Source: Candidatus Latescibacterota bacterium (GTDB lineage Bacteria > Latescibacterota > UBA2968 > UBA8231). From it: a DNA stretch of 64,000 bases. The stretch spans positions 1,024,001-1,088,000 of the forward strand of contig OZ244561.1 in the NCBI GenBank assembly GCA_965217585.1, read 5' to 3'. Below the pieces are notes generated by a model, which had not been told where the DNA came from, made no database searches, and was given only the letters and a program-made list of their open reading frames with translations. The position numbers and the translations under genes are program-made. This document shows positions 1-8,430 of the stretch, piece by piece. Every line of letters starts with the position of its first letter. Positions within the stretch are counted from its first letter, which is position 1.

Positions 1-63
1 CCAATTTCATGTCCTGACCATGGGGGGTCAGGGCGTGGTTCGTCTACATATAAATTGAAGAGG

Positions 64-252
64 TCAACTGTTTTCATTGCTACTTCCTTCCACAGCGACA
101 AGGGCAGACCGAAGTTCCTCGGCGAAGTCTTCGCGTAATTCCGCTCCTTCATCAGGGTCGCCCAGCATTTCTGAGAGCGTGTGTACAACAATCTCCTGAA
201 CAAGTGCTCTAAACTCATCAACTGTTAAATCGGCGACTTTTTCAGAGGTCAT
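64..252 (-). CDS. small acidic hypothetical protein, possible antitoxin
   Basis: 62 aa ORF with ATG and upstream AAGGAG. The 'VADLTVDEFRALV...LGDPDEGAELR' pattern resembles small antitoxin-like proteins; the C-terminus looks short. Confidence 0.55.
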   Translation of the reverse strand: MTSEKVADLTVDEFRALVQEIVVHTLSEMLGDPDEGAELREDFAEELRSALVAVEGSSNENS

Positions 253-276
253 TGTTTTGCTCCTTGATTTGCGCGC

Positions 277-1872
277 TCAATCCGTTCCCGTCGCGCCGAC
301 AGCTAGCTCGGCCAGTGCGTCCTGCATTAACTTGTAGTGCAAACTATCGGCCAGCGCGATCCAACTCGCCTCAATCACATTCTCCGAAACCCCCACCGTG
401 CCCCACACATCCTTGCCATCCGACGATTCGATCAACACCCGCACCTTGGCCGCGGTCCCGTCGCTGCTCGACAACACCCGCACCTTGTAGTCCTCCAAAT
501 GCACCTGTTTGAGCGCGGGGAACTCCTGCTCCAGCGCCTTGCGTAGCGCTTGATCGAGCGCGTTGACCGGGCCATCGCCGCCGGCGACCGTATGGTACTC
601 CGCATCGCCGATAGCGACCTTGACAATGGCCTCGGCTTCTTCGGCGTACGCCCCACTCTTGCGGTTGATGGTGCGGAAGTTGATCAGCGTGAATAAGTCC
701 TCGTACGTGCCTTGGACCCGGCGCGCTAGCAGCTCGAACGACCCTTCCGCCGCCTCGAACTGATAGCCCTCGTGTTCCAACTGCTTGACCCGCTCCAAGA
801 TCTGCCCCACCAGCGGATCCCTCTTCTCGATATCAGGCAAAAATCGCCGCAGCTTGCTGACGATCGTCGCCCCACCCGCTTGGTCCGAGACCAAGAAGCG
901 CCGCTCGTTGCCCACCTGCTCAGGCTCGATATGCTCAAACGAGTGGGCGACCTTCATCACCCCGTCGATATGCGCCCCGCCCTTATGGGCGAACGCACTC
1001 TCGCCGACATACGGCTGGCGGTGGTCGTGATAGACGTTGGCGATCTCGCTCAGGAAGCGGGAGAAATCCATCAGCTCCGCGAGGTTGTCGCGGCCCACCG
1101 TCTCGAAACCCATCTTCAGTTCGAGATTGGGCAAAATCGAGCACAAGTTGGCGTTGCCGCAACGCTCGCCATAGCCATTGAAGGTACCTTGCACTTGCAC
1201 CGCGCCCCGCTCCACGGCCACGAGGGTATTGGCCACGCCGACACCGGCATCGTTGTGCGTGTGGATGCCAAAGGGAATCCCGATCCGCTCGGCGACCTGT
1301 TCGACGATCTGGCCCATCTCGCTGGTCAGGGTGCCGCCATTGGTATCGCAGAGCACCAAAATCCGCGCCCCACCGCGCTCGGCGGCCAACAGGGTCTCGA
1401 CCGCGTAATCGGCGTCGGCCTTATAGCCATCGAAGAAATGCTCGGCGTCGTAGATCACCTCGCGACCATGGCCGACGAGATAGGCGACTGAATCCTCGAT
1501 CAACTGCACATTGCCCACCAGCGTGGTGCGCAATATCTCGGTCGCGTGCAAGGTCCAGCTCTTGCCGAAGAGGGCGATACTATCGGTCTCGGCCCTCAGA
1601 AGCGTGTTCAGGGTCTCGTCTTCCTCCGGTGCGTTGGTCGCTCGCCGGGTGCTGCCAAAGGCGGTCACTTTCGCCCGTAACCCGAGTTTTTTGGCCTCTT
1701 GAAAAAAAGCCAAGTCCTTGGGATTGGTCGGGTTGGGCCAACCGCCCTCAATATAGTGGACCCCGAGCGCATCGAGCCGCCGAGCAATCAGCAGCTTGTC
1801 CTCTAGCGAATAGGAAATGCCCTCGGCTTGGGCGCCGTCCCGCAGGGTGGAGTCATAGACTTCGATGCGCAT
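277..1872 (-). CDS. cimA: citramalate synthase (DRE-TIM, LeuA-like, with regulatory domain)
   Basis: YDSTLRDGAQAEG, IEGGWP, YDAEHFFDG, GYGERCGNANL, AHKGGAH, DYKVRVL and WGTVGVSENVIEASW motifs. Start placed at the ATG at 1872 after GGAAGGA. Confidence 0.9.
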   Translation of the reverse strand: MRIEVYDSTLRDGAQAEGISYSLEDKLLIARRLDALGVHYIEGGWPNPTNPKDLAFFQEAKKLGLRAKVTAFGSTRRATNAPEEDETLNTLLRAETDSIALFGKSWTLHATEILRTTLVGNVQLIEDSVAYLVGHGREVIYDAEHFFDGYKADADYAVETLLAAERGGARILVLCDTNGGTLTSEMGQIVEQVAERIGIPFGIHTHNDAGVGVANTLVAVERGAVQVQGTFNGYGERCGNANLCSILPNLELKMGFETVGRDNLAELMDFSRFLSEIANVYHDHRQPYVGESAFAHKGGAHIDGVMKVAHSFEHIEPEQVGNERRFLVSDQAGGATIVSKLRRFLPDIEKRDPLVGQILERVKQLEHEGYQFEAAEGSFELLARRVQGTYEDLFTLINFRTINRKSGAYAEEAEAIVKVAIGDAEYHTVAGGDGPVNALDQALRKALEQEFPALKQVHLEDYKVRVLSSSDGTAAKVRVLIESSDGKDVWGTVGVSENVIEASWIALADSLHYKLMQDALAELAVGATGTD

Positions 1873-1894
1873 GGTGTCGCTTCCTTCCATCGCC

Positions 1895-2953
1895 CTAGGC
1901 GTCGGCGACGGCCTGGGCTACTAGGTCGCCTACTTCCGCAGTGGAATATCCCATTCTTCCCGCTCCCATATCGTCGAGCTTGGTCAGCGTCGAGACGATG
2001 GCCCCCTCCAAAATGTTGGCACCTTCGTGCTCGCCAAGTGTGTCGAGCATGAGCTGGCAAGCGCCGACGGCGGCCATAGGGTTGATGATATTCTGGCCGG
2101 TGTACTTGGGGGCCGAGCCGCCGATCGGCTCAAACATCGACACGCCTTCGGGGTTGATATTGCCGCCGGCGGCAATGCCCATCCCGCCCTGGATCATCGC
2201 GCCCAAATCTGTGATGATGTCCCCGAACATGTTGTCGGTAACTACCACGTCGAACCACTCGGGGTTTTTGACCATCCACATGCAGATGGCATCGACGTGG
2301 GCGTAGTCGCGCTTGATGGCCGGATAGTCGGCCGCGCCGATTTCGTGGAACGCCCGCTCCCACAGATCGAAGGCATACGTCAGCACGTTGGTCTTGCCGC
2401 ACAGGGTCAAGGTGTTGTCCTTGTTGCGCCGCTGGGTGTACTCAAAAGCGTAGCGCAAACAGCGCTCGACACCTTTGCGGGTGTTGATCGACTCCTGTAC
2501 TGCGATCTCGTCGGGCGTGCCCTTCTTGAGGAAGCCGCCGGCACCCGCGTACAGCCCCTCGGTGTTTTCCCGCACCACCACGAAGTCGATTTCCTCCGGC
2601 CCCTTATCCTTAATCGGCGTCGGCACATTGGGATAGAGCTTGACCGGTCGGAGGTTGATGTACTGGTCCAATTCAAAGCGCAGCCTCAGTAGAATGCCCT
2701 TTTCGAGAATACCCGGCTTCACGTCGGGGTGGCCGATGGCCCCTAGGTAAATGGCATCGAACTGCCTAAAGTCGTCGGACGCCGAGTCGGGCAAGACCTC
2801 GCCGGTCTGCAAGTAGCGATCACCGCCAAAATCAAATTCTACGGTCTCGTATTTGAATCCCTGTTTGGCGGCTACGGCGTCGAGTGCTTTCAGCCCCTCG
2901 ACCACGACTTCAGGCCCTGTTCCGTCTCCGGGTATTACGGCGATTTTGTGCAA
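1895..2953 (-). CDS. leuB: 3-isopropylmalate dehydrogenase
   Basis: IPGDGTGPEV, VRENTEGLY, NMFGDIITD and MFEPIGGSAP motifs; lies in the leu operon. Confidence 0.93.
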   Translation of the reverse strand: MHKIAVIPGDGTGPEVVVEGLKALDAVAAKQGFKYETVEFDFGGDRYLQTGEVLPDSASDDFRQFDAIYLGAIGHPDVKPGILEKGILLRLRFELDQYINLRPVKLYPNVPTPIKDKGPEEIDFVVVRENTEGLYAGAGGFLKKGTPDEIAVQESINTRKGVERCLRYAFEYTQRRNKDNTLTLCGKTNVLTYAFDLWERAFHEIGAADYPAIKRDYAHVDAICMWMVKNPEWFDVVVTDNMFGDIITDLGAMIQGGMGIAAGGNINPEGVSMFEPIGGSAPKYTGQNIINPMAAVGACQLMLDTLGEHEGANILEGAIVSTLTKLDDMGAGRMGYSTAEVGDLVAQAVADA

Positions 2954-2956
2954 TTA

Positions 2957-3189
2957 TTATCTCCCTCTTTTCTCGTTCCAATTGGCAAAATAGCGCGGTC
3001 CTGTGACCACGATTCTAACAGCGGCATATAGCAACATCACGCCGGCTGTGAGGATCAACACCACGAACACCAACCCTGCCGCTATTAGAATCCCGCATAT
3101 AACAGTTGCCGTGACAAAAGCCAAAAACAGCAAAGCGGTCGTCGGTATCAGCACCCGGGCTAATGGGTTGGTAACTTTCCGTCCGCCAT
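2957..3189 (-). pseudogene. small hydrophobic membrane protein, apparently frameshifted near the 5' end (or starting at the GTG at 3154)
   Basis: The ATG at 3189 follows an SD-like GAAGGTG but is one base out of frame with the hydrophobic ORF (KVTNPLARVLIPTTALLF...). Confidence 0.4.
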
Positions 3190-3202
3190 CTTATCACCTT
3201 CT

Positions 3203-3796
3203 TCAGAACCCCGCTACGTACGGCAGCTTCCGCGTGGTGCTCTCAATCTGGTCGCCGGCGTCCAAAAGCTGGCCCAGCGAATCCCAGCTCCCCTTGAGAA
3301 ACTGCTCGCGCGGGCCGTCGGCAATATCGGCTGCAACTTGGCCGCCGGCCCAGCGCACCTGCCGCGCTTCGAGGTCGATAGCCACCTCCTGCGCCGGATC
3401 GCTCTCGACCGCGGCCATCAACGCCTGCATATCCTCGGCTGCCACCCGCACACACGGCAGCCCCATGGCGATGCAGTTGCCAAAGAAAATCTCGGCAAAG
3501 GACTCGGCGACAAAGCCCTTGATCCCCCAGCGCATCAGCGCCTGCGGCGCGTGTTCACGCGAGGACCCGCAGCCAAAATTGGCATTGGCCAACAGGATCG
3601 ACGCCCCTTGGAAGCGCGCTTGGTCAAAGGGATGGTCGCCGGCCGCGCGATCGTCCTCAAAGGCATGGCCCCCCAAATTCTCAAAGGTCACCGTCCGCAA
3701 AAAGCGAGCCGGGATGATGCGGTCGGTATCGATATCAGCTCCGCGCACCACCACGCCGCAGCCGCTTATCGTCTTAATCACACTCGAATTTTCCAT
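3203..3796 (-). CDS. leuD: 3-isopropylmalate dehydratase small subunit
   Basis: DIDTDRIIPARFL and NFGCGSSREHAP motifs; ATG at 3796 with GAGGAG. Confidence 0.95.
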   Translation of the reverse strand: MENSSVIKTISGCGVVVRGADIDTDRIIPARFLRTVTFENLGGHAFEDDRAAGDHPFDQARFQGASILLANANFGCGSSREHAPQALMRWGIKGFVAESFAEIFFGNCIAMGLPCVRVAAEDMQALMAAVESDPAQEVAIDLEARQVRWAGGQVAADIADGPREQFLKGSWDSLGQLLDAGDQIESTTRKLPYVAGF

Positions 3797-3809
3797 TGTC
3801 TCTCCTCCT

Positions 3810-5207
3810 CTACCCCACCAACCCCCGCACATCCGCCACCTCACCCGCCACCGCCGCCGCGGCGACCATCGCCGGACTCATCAGCAGGGTGCGGCCGGTG
3901 GGACTGCCTTGCCGACCCTTGAAGTTGCGGTTGGACGACGAGGCACATAGCTCGCGGCCCTGCAATTTGTCGGGGTTCATCGCCAAGCACATGGAGCAGC
4001 CTGCTCCCCGCCATTCAAACCCGGCCTCCGCGAAAATCTCGTGTAGTCCCTCCGTCTCGGCCTCGGCCCGCACCTGCTGCGAGCCAGGCACCACGAGGGC
4101 GCGAACGCCGGGGGCCACCTTGCGCCCGCGAGCAACCCGAGCGGCCTCGCGCAAATCCGAAAGTCGGCCGTTGGTGCAAGAGCCAATAAACGCTACATCC
4201 ACTTTGGTACCGGCGATCTTCTGCCCCGGCGCAAAGTCCATGTACGCGAAGGCCTCCTCGATGCTGGATCGATCGGCGTCGGCAAAAGCGTCCAGCTCGG
4301 GCAGGGCCTGACCGATGCCGACCGATTGGCCCGGAGTAATGCCCCACGTCACAGTCGGGCCGATCTCGCGGCCGTCGATTTGCACTAGGTCGTCGTACTC
4401 GGCGTCTGCATCCGAGGCCATGGACTCCCACCATTCGACCGCAGGCTCAAAGTTGCGCGGCGCATGGAGCCGCCCGTTGAGATAGTCGTACGTCGTCTGG
4501 TCGGGATTGACGTAGCCGACCCGGGCACCGCCCTCAATCGACATGTTGCACACCGTCATCCGCTCTTCAATGGACATGACCTCAATGACTGAACCACCGT
4601 ACTCATAGCCGTAGCCAACGCCGCCCTTGACCCCGAGCTGGCCGATGATGTGCAAGATGACGTCCTTGGCGTACACCCCCTCGCTCAGCGCGCCGCTGAT
4701 CTCGATCCGCCGCACCTTGAGCGGGTCCATGGCCAAGCACTGGGTGGCCAGCACGTCGCGGACTTGGCTAGTGCCAATGCCAAAGGCCACCGCGCCAAAG
4801 GCCCCGTGCGTCGAAGTGTGGCTATCGCCGCAGGCAATGGTCATGCCCGGCTGGGTCAGCCCCAACTCCGGGCCGATGACGTGCACCACCCCCTGGCGTT
4901 GGTCGTCGATGTTAAAAAGCGGAATCTCGAACTCGGCGGCATTCTGCTCGATCGCGTCCATCATCTCCTCGGCCAAGTCATCGACAAAAGGCCGCTGCAC
5001 CAAGTCCGTGGGCACGATGTGATCCACGGTGGCAAAGGTGCGCTCTGGGAGGCGAACGGTAAGGCCGCGCTCCCGCAGCATCTGAAAGGCCTGGGGGCTG
5101 GTCACCTCGTGGACCAAATGCAGGCCAACGAACAACTGCGTCTGCCCAGAGGGCAGCTCGCGCACGGTGTGCGCGTCCCAAACCTTGTGCAACAGGGTCT
5201 TACCCAT
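3810..5207 (-). CDS. leuC: 3-isopropylmalate dehydratase large subunit
   Basis: [40 protein letters not shown] and NRNFKGRQG motifs. Confidence 0.96.
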   Translation of the reverse strand: MGKTLLHKVWDAHTVRELPSGQTQLFVGLHLVHEVTSPQAFQMLRERGLTVRLPERTFATVDHIVPTDLVQRPFVDDLAEEMMDAIEQNAAEFEIPLFNIDDQRQGVVHVIGPELGLTQPGMTIACGDSHTSTHGAFGAVAFGIGTSQVRDVLATQCLAMDPLKVRRIEISGALSEGVYAKDVILHIIGQLGVKGGVGYGYEYGGSVIEVMSIEERMTVCNMSIEGGARVGYVNPDQTTYDYLNGRLHAPRNFEPAVEWWESMASDADAEYDDLVQIDGREIGPTVTWGITPGQSVGIGQALPELDAFADADRSSIEEAFAYMDFAPGQKIAGTKVDVAFIGSCTNGRLSDLREAARVARGRKVAPGVRALVVPGSQQVRAEAETEGLHEIFAEAGFEWRGAGCSMCLAMNPDKLQGRELCASSSNRNFKGRQGSPTGRTLLMSPAMVAAAAVAGEVADVRGLVG

Positions 5208-5277
5208 CTCCAATCTCCTCTACACTGTCATTCTTTGGTTTTCTTTTGGGCCTGACGGTTCAACTCGTCGACATTGA

Positions 5278-6849
5278 TCAATTCGGGCGATAACCGTGCT
5301 CGTTCACAAGCGTCTTCTGTCCCAAGCGGTTCAGCGCGTCGATGTAGGCCTTGGCGCTAGCCTCGATAACGTCGGTCGAAACGCCCCGGCCCCTTGCGTT
5401 TTGCCCGGCCCGCTCCAGATGCACTGTTACCTCGCCTAGCGCTTGGCTGCCGGAGGTGATCGCACGAATGACATAATCTTTCAGTTGGATATCGTTATCT
5501 TCTAGTGGATGGCTAGCGAGAGCTCGGTTAATAGCCTCATAAGTAGCGTCCACCGGCCCGTCGCCCTGAGCCGATCCCTCCACAGGCTCCTTCTCCTTAC
5601 CGGCGATGATCAAACGCACCGTCGCCGAGGGCACGGTTCCGGTGCAGCTAACCGCGTGCAGATGCTTCAACTCGTAATAGGCTATCCCCTCGCCGGGATC
5701 GTCGAGGAATATCTCGATCAGGTCCTCGTCGAAGATCTCCTTCTTCTTGTCGGCCAATTCCAAGAAATTCTCGTAGACCTTGTCCAGCTTTGCCTGATCT
5801 AGCTCGTAGCCCAAAACCTCCAGCCGATGGCGCAAAGCAGCGCGTCCCGAGCGCGCCGTTAGCACGATCTCGGTGGCCTCCAGCCCCACATCTTTCGGAT
5901 CCATGATCTCAAAGGTGTCGCGCTGCTTGAGCACTCCGTCCTGGTGGATGCCCGAGCTGTGGGCAAAGGCATTGGCACCGACAATCGCCTTGTTGGGCTG
6001 GACTGCGATGCCCATCAAGCGACTGACCAGCCGGCTGGTGGGGATGATTTCCTCGGTGACCACCTCGGTGTCAAAACCGAAGTAGTCCTGGCGCGTCTTT
6101 AGCGCCATGACGATCTCCTCCAACGAGGAATTGCCGGCCCGCTCGCCCAAGCCGTTGATCGTGCATTCGGCTTGGCGTGCGCCATTCTTGATTGCGGAGA
6201 GCGTGTTGATTACCGACATCCCCAGATCGTCGTGGCAGTGGACGCTGATGATGGCGTCTCCACTGTTGGGGACCTTGGCGATGATCCGCGCAATCAGCGC
6301 CCCAAATTCTTCGGGTACGGCATAACCCACGGTGTCGGGGATGTTGATAGTCGTGGCCCCCGCCGCAATCGTCGCCGCGATGACCTCGTTGAGGTAGTTA
6401 GGCTCGGTGCGGGCGGCGTCCATGGGCGAAAACTCGACGTCGTCGCAGTACGACTTGGCCAGTTCCACCGCGGCCACCGCCATTTTCAGTACCTCTTCTC
6501 GGCCCTTGCGCAACTGGCCGGCGAGGTGAATATCCGACGTGCCGATAAAGGTGTGGATTCGCGGCCGGGGCGCGTCTCGGAGGGCCGCACCAGCCCGCTC
6601 GATGTCCTTGAGCACGGCGCGGGACAGTCCGCAGATTACCGGCCCTTCGATCTCCTGCCCAATGCAGCGCACGGCCTCGAAATCCTCGTTGGAGGAAACC
6701 GGAAAGCCGGCCTCGATAATATCGACTTTCAGCCGCGCCAACTGGTGGGCGACTTCCAGCTTTTCCCGCACCGTCAGCGAGGCACCGGGCGTCTGCTCGG
6801 CGTCCCGCAGCGTGGTGTCGAAAATATATACGCGATTTGCATCAGCCAT
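5278..6849 (-). CDS. leuA: 2-isopropylmalate synthase
   Basis: IFDTTLRDAEQTPG, IEAGFP, HCHDDLG, GLGERAGN and AHSSGIHQDG motifs plus C-terminal regulatory domain. Confidence 0.95.
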   Translation of the reverse strand: MADANRVYIFDTTLRDAEQTPGASLTVREKLEVAHQLARLKVDIIEAGFPVSSNEDFEAVRCIGQEIEGPVICGLSRAVLKDIERAGAALRDAPRPRIHTFIGTSDIHLAGQLRKGREEVLKMAVAAVELAKSYCDDVEFSPMDAARTEPNYLNEVIAATIAAGATTINIPDTVGYAVPEEFGALIARIIAKVPNSGDAIISVHCHDDLGMSVINTLSAIKNGARQAECTINGLGERAGNSSLEEIVMALKTRQDYFGFDTEVVTEEIIPTSRLVSRLMGIAVQPNKAIVGANAFAHSSGIHQDGVLKQRDTFEIMDPKDVGLEATEIVLTARSGRAALRHRLEVLGYELDQAKLDKVYENFLELADKKKEIFDEDLIEIFLDDPGEGIAYYELKHLHAVSCTGTVPSATVRLIIAGKEKEPVEGSAQGDGPVDATYEAINRALASHPLEDNDIQLKDYVIRAITSGSQALGEVTVHLERAGQNARGRGVSTDVIEASAKAYIDALNRLGQKTLVNEHGYRPN

Positions 6850-6862
6850 GATGTGTTCTTTT

Positions 6863-6976
6863 CTAGCTGGACGGATGAGGTGGTACAAGCGGCAGACGGT
6901 CCCCTCCAGCCGTGCAGAGACCGCCTACCGACCAAAGGTCGGGGTCGGAACTCAACTCGCTAAGTCGGGGTTCCAT
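6863..6976 (-). promoter_or_regulatory. 37-aa uORF and structured leader between ilvC and leuA
   Basis: SD AGGAGGTGAG then ATG of MEPRLSELSSDPDLWSVGGLCTAGGDRLPLVPPHPSS*. Hairpins CCGACC-TTT-GGTCGG and GTAGGCGGTCTC/GGGGACCGTCTGC lie inside it. Confidence 0.45.
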
Positions 6977-7009
6977 CGCGCTCACCTCCTCTCAAGGTTT
7001 TCCTATTTG

Positions 7010-8002
7010 TTATTTGTCGTCCAGCCAGCTCATCATCGCGCGCAGCCGGGTGCCGACGGTCTCGATCAGGTGCTCGGAATCGCGGCGCTTGATCGCATTG
7101 TACACCGGGCGGCCCACTTGGTTTTCGGCCAGCCATTCCCGCGCAAAGTGGCCATTCTGCACATCGGCGAGAATCTGCTTCATTTCCGCCCGCGTCTGCT
7201 CGGTTATCACCTGTCGCCCGCGCGTCAAGTCGCCAAACTCCGCGGTATCCGAAATCGACGAGCGCATGTTGGCGATGCCGCCCTCGTAAATCAGATCGAC
7301 GATCAGCTTGACCTCGTGCAGGCATTCGAAATAAGCGACCTCGGGCTGGTAGCCGGCCTCGACGAGCGTGTCAAACCCAGCGCGGATCAGCTCGGTCAAA
7401 CCGCCGCACAGCACCACCTGCTCGCCGAACAAGTCGGTCTCGGTCTCTTCGCGGAAGGTCGTTTCAATAACCCCGGCCCGGCCGCAGCCGATCCCCTTGG
7501 CATAGGCCAAGCCGACCTCGTGCGCTCGGCCGGTGGCGTCTTGGTAAACGGCCAACAGACCCGGCACACCACCTCCCTGCTGGTACACGCGGCGCACCAA
7601 GTGCCCCGGCCCTTTCGGCGCGACCATGAACACATCGACATCGGCCGGCGGCACCACCTGCCCAAAGTGGATGTTAAACCCGTGGGCAAAGGCGAGGGCA
7701 TTGCCCGCTTCGAGATTGGGGCGGATATCGGCTTCGTACACGGCCTTCTGGACCTCGTCGTTGATCAGGATCACCACGATATCGCCTCGCTTGCTGGCCT
7801 CGGCCACGTCGGCTACCTCCAGCCCGGCGGCCTCGGCTTCAGCGCGCCGCTGGCTACCCGCGCGCAGGCCCACCACCACCTTGACGCCGCTCTCCGACAG
7901 ATTGAGCGAATGCGCGTGACCCTGGCTGCCGTAGCCGATGACGGTCACGGTCTTGTCCGAAAGCAGATCGAGATTGGCGTCGTTGTCGTAGTACATCTGC
8001 AT
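7010..8002 (-). CDS. ilvC: ketol-acid reductoisomerase
   Basis: [35 protein letters not shown] and YFECLHE motifs. Confidence 0.97.
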   Translation of the reverse strand: MQMYYDNDANLDLLSDKTVTVIGYGSQGHAHSLNLSESGVKVVVGLRAGSQRRAEAEAAGLEVADVAEASKRGDIVVILINDEVQKAVYEADIRPNLEAGNALAFAHGFNIHFGQVVPPADVDVFMVAPKGPGHLVRRVYQQGGGVPGLLAVYQDATGRAHEVGLAYAKGIGCGRAGVIETTFREETETDLFGEQVVLCGGLTELIRAGFDTLVEAGYQPEVAYFECLHEVKLIVDLIYEGGIANMRSSISDTAEFGDLTRGRQVITEQTRAEMKQILADVQNGHFAREWLAENQVGRPVYNAIKRRDSEHLIETVGTRLRAMMSWLDDK

Positions 8003-8122
8003 GAAAATTCTCCTTCACTGAGGGCGTTGAGATTGTTTGATAGACATAGTTAGCTGACAGCCTATGCTGTGCAGCGGCTTCGTCCGTTAATTGGGCTGTT
8101 AAAGTGGAACGAGGGGCGAAGC

Positions 8123-8239
8123 CTACTTGACCGGCCGGTCAATAATAAGCAGTAGGTCGAGGAGGAGAAGTCGGAGGCGCGCCCACACTGGCGTCGGGCG
8201 GAAAATACGCGGGAACTGGAACGGCGCGCTCATTGTCAT
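8123..8239 (-). CDS. ilv/leu leader peptide (38 aa, Leu/Ile-rich)
   Basis: MTMSAPFQFPRIFRPTPVWARLRLLLLDLLLIIDRPVK*, with 8 Leu and 2 Ile in 12 consecutive codons, directly upstream of ilvC. Confidence 0.75.
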   Translation of the reverse strand: MTMSAPFQFPRIFRPTPVWARLRLLLLDLLLIIDRPVK

Positions 8240-8286
8240 TAAACCTAAGTAATCCAAGCAGTTAGCTTTCAACTTATAAAAATTTC

Positions 8287-8315
8287 AATATATGGCGCAC
8301 CAAGGGGAATGTCAA
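8287..8315 (-). promoter_or_regulatory. sigma70-type promoter of the ilvC-leu operon
   Basis: TTGACA-N17-TATATT on the minus strand, about 45 nt upstream of the leader ATG. Confidence 0.7.
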
Positions 8316-8430
8316 GCGATGTAGCCCACTACCCATAAAGGCTAGTCTTCGAGGTTGTCGATGACGGTCGCCCACTTCCCCTCGGCGAGTGCCATCAAGC
8401 CTTTTATGGTGGTTGGTGGTATGATCTTGG

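Noticed and set aside
8-38. Hairpin CATGTCCTGACC/GGTCAGGGCGTG at the window start
   Set aside because: Its context is cut off by the window edge, so terminator and REP-like element cannot be distinguished.
8003-8280. T-box riboswitch upstream of ilvC
   Set aside because: No AAxxxGGGTGGxACC(G/A)CG T-box motif; the leader peptide explains the region better.
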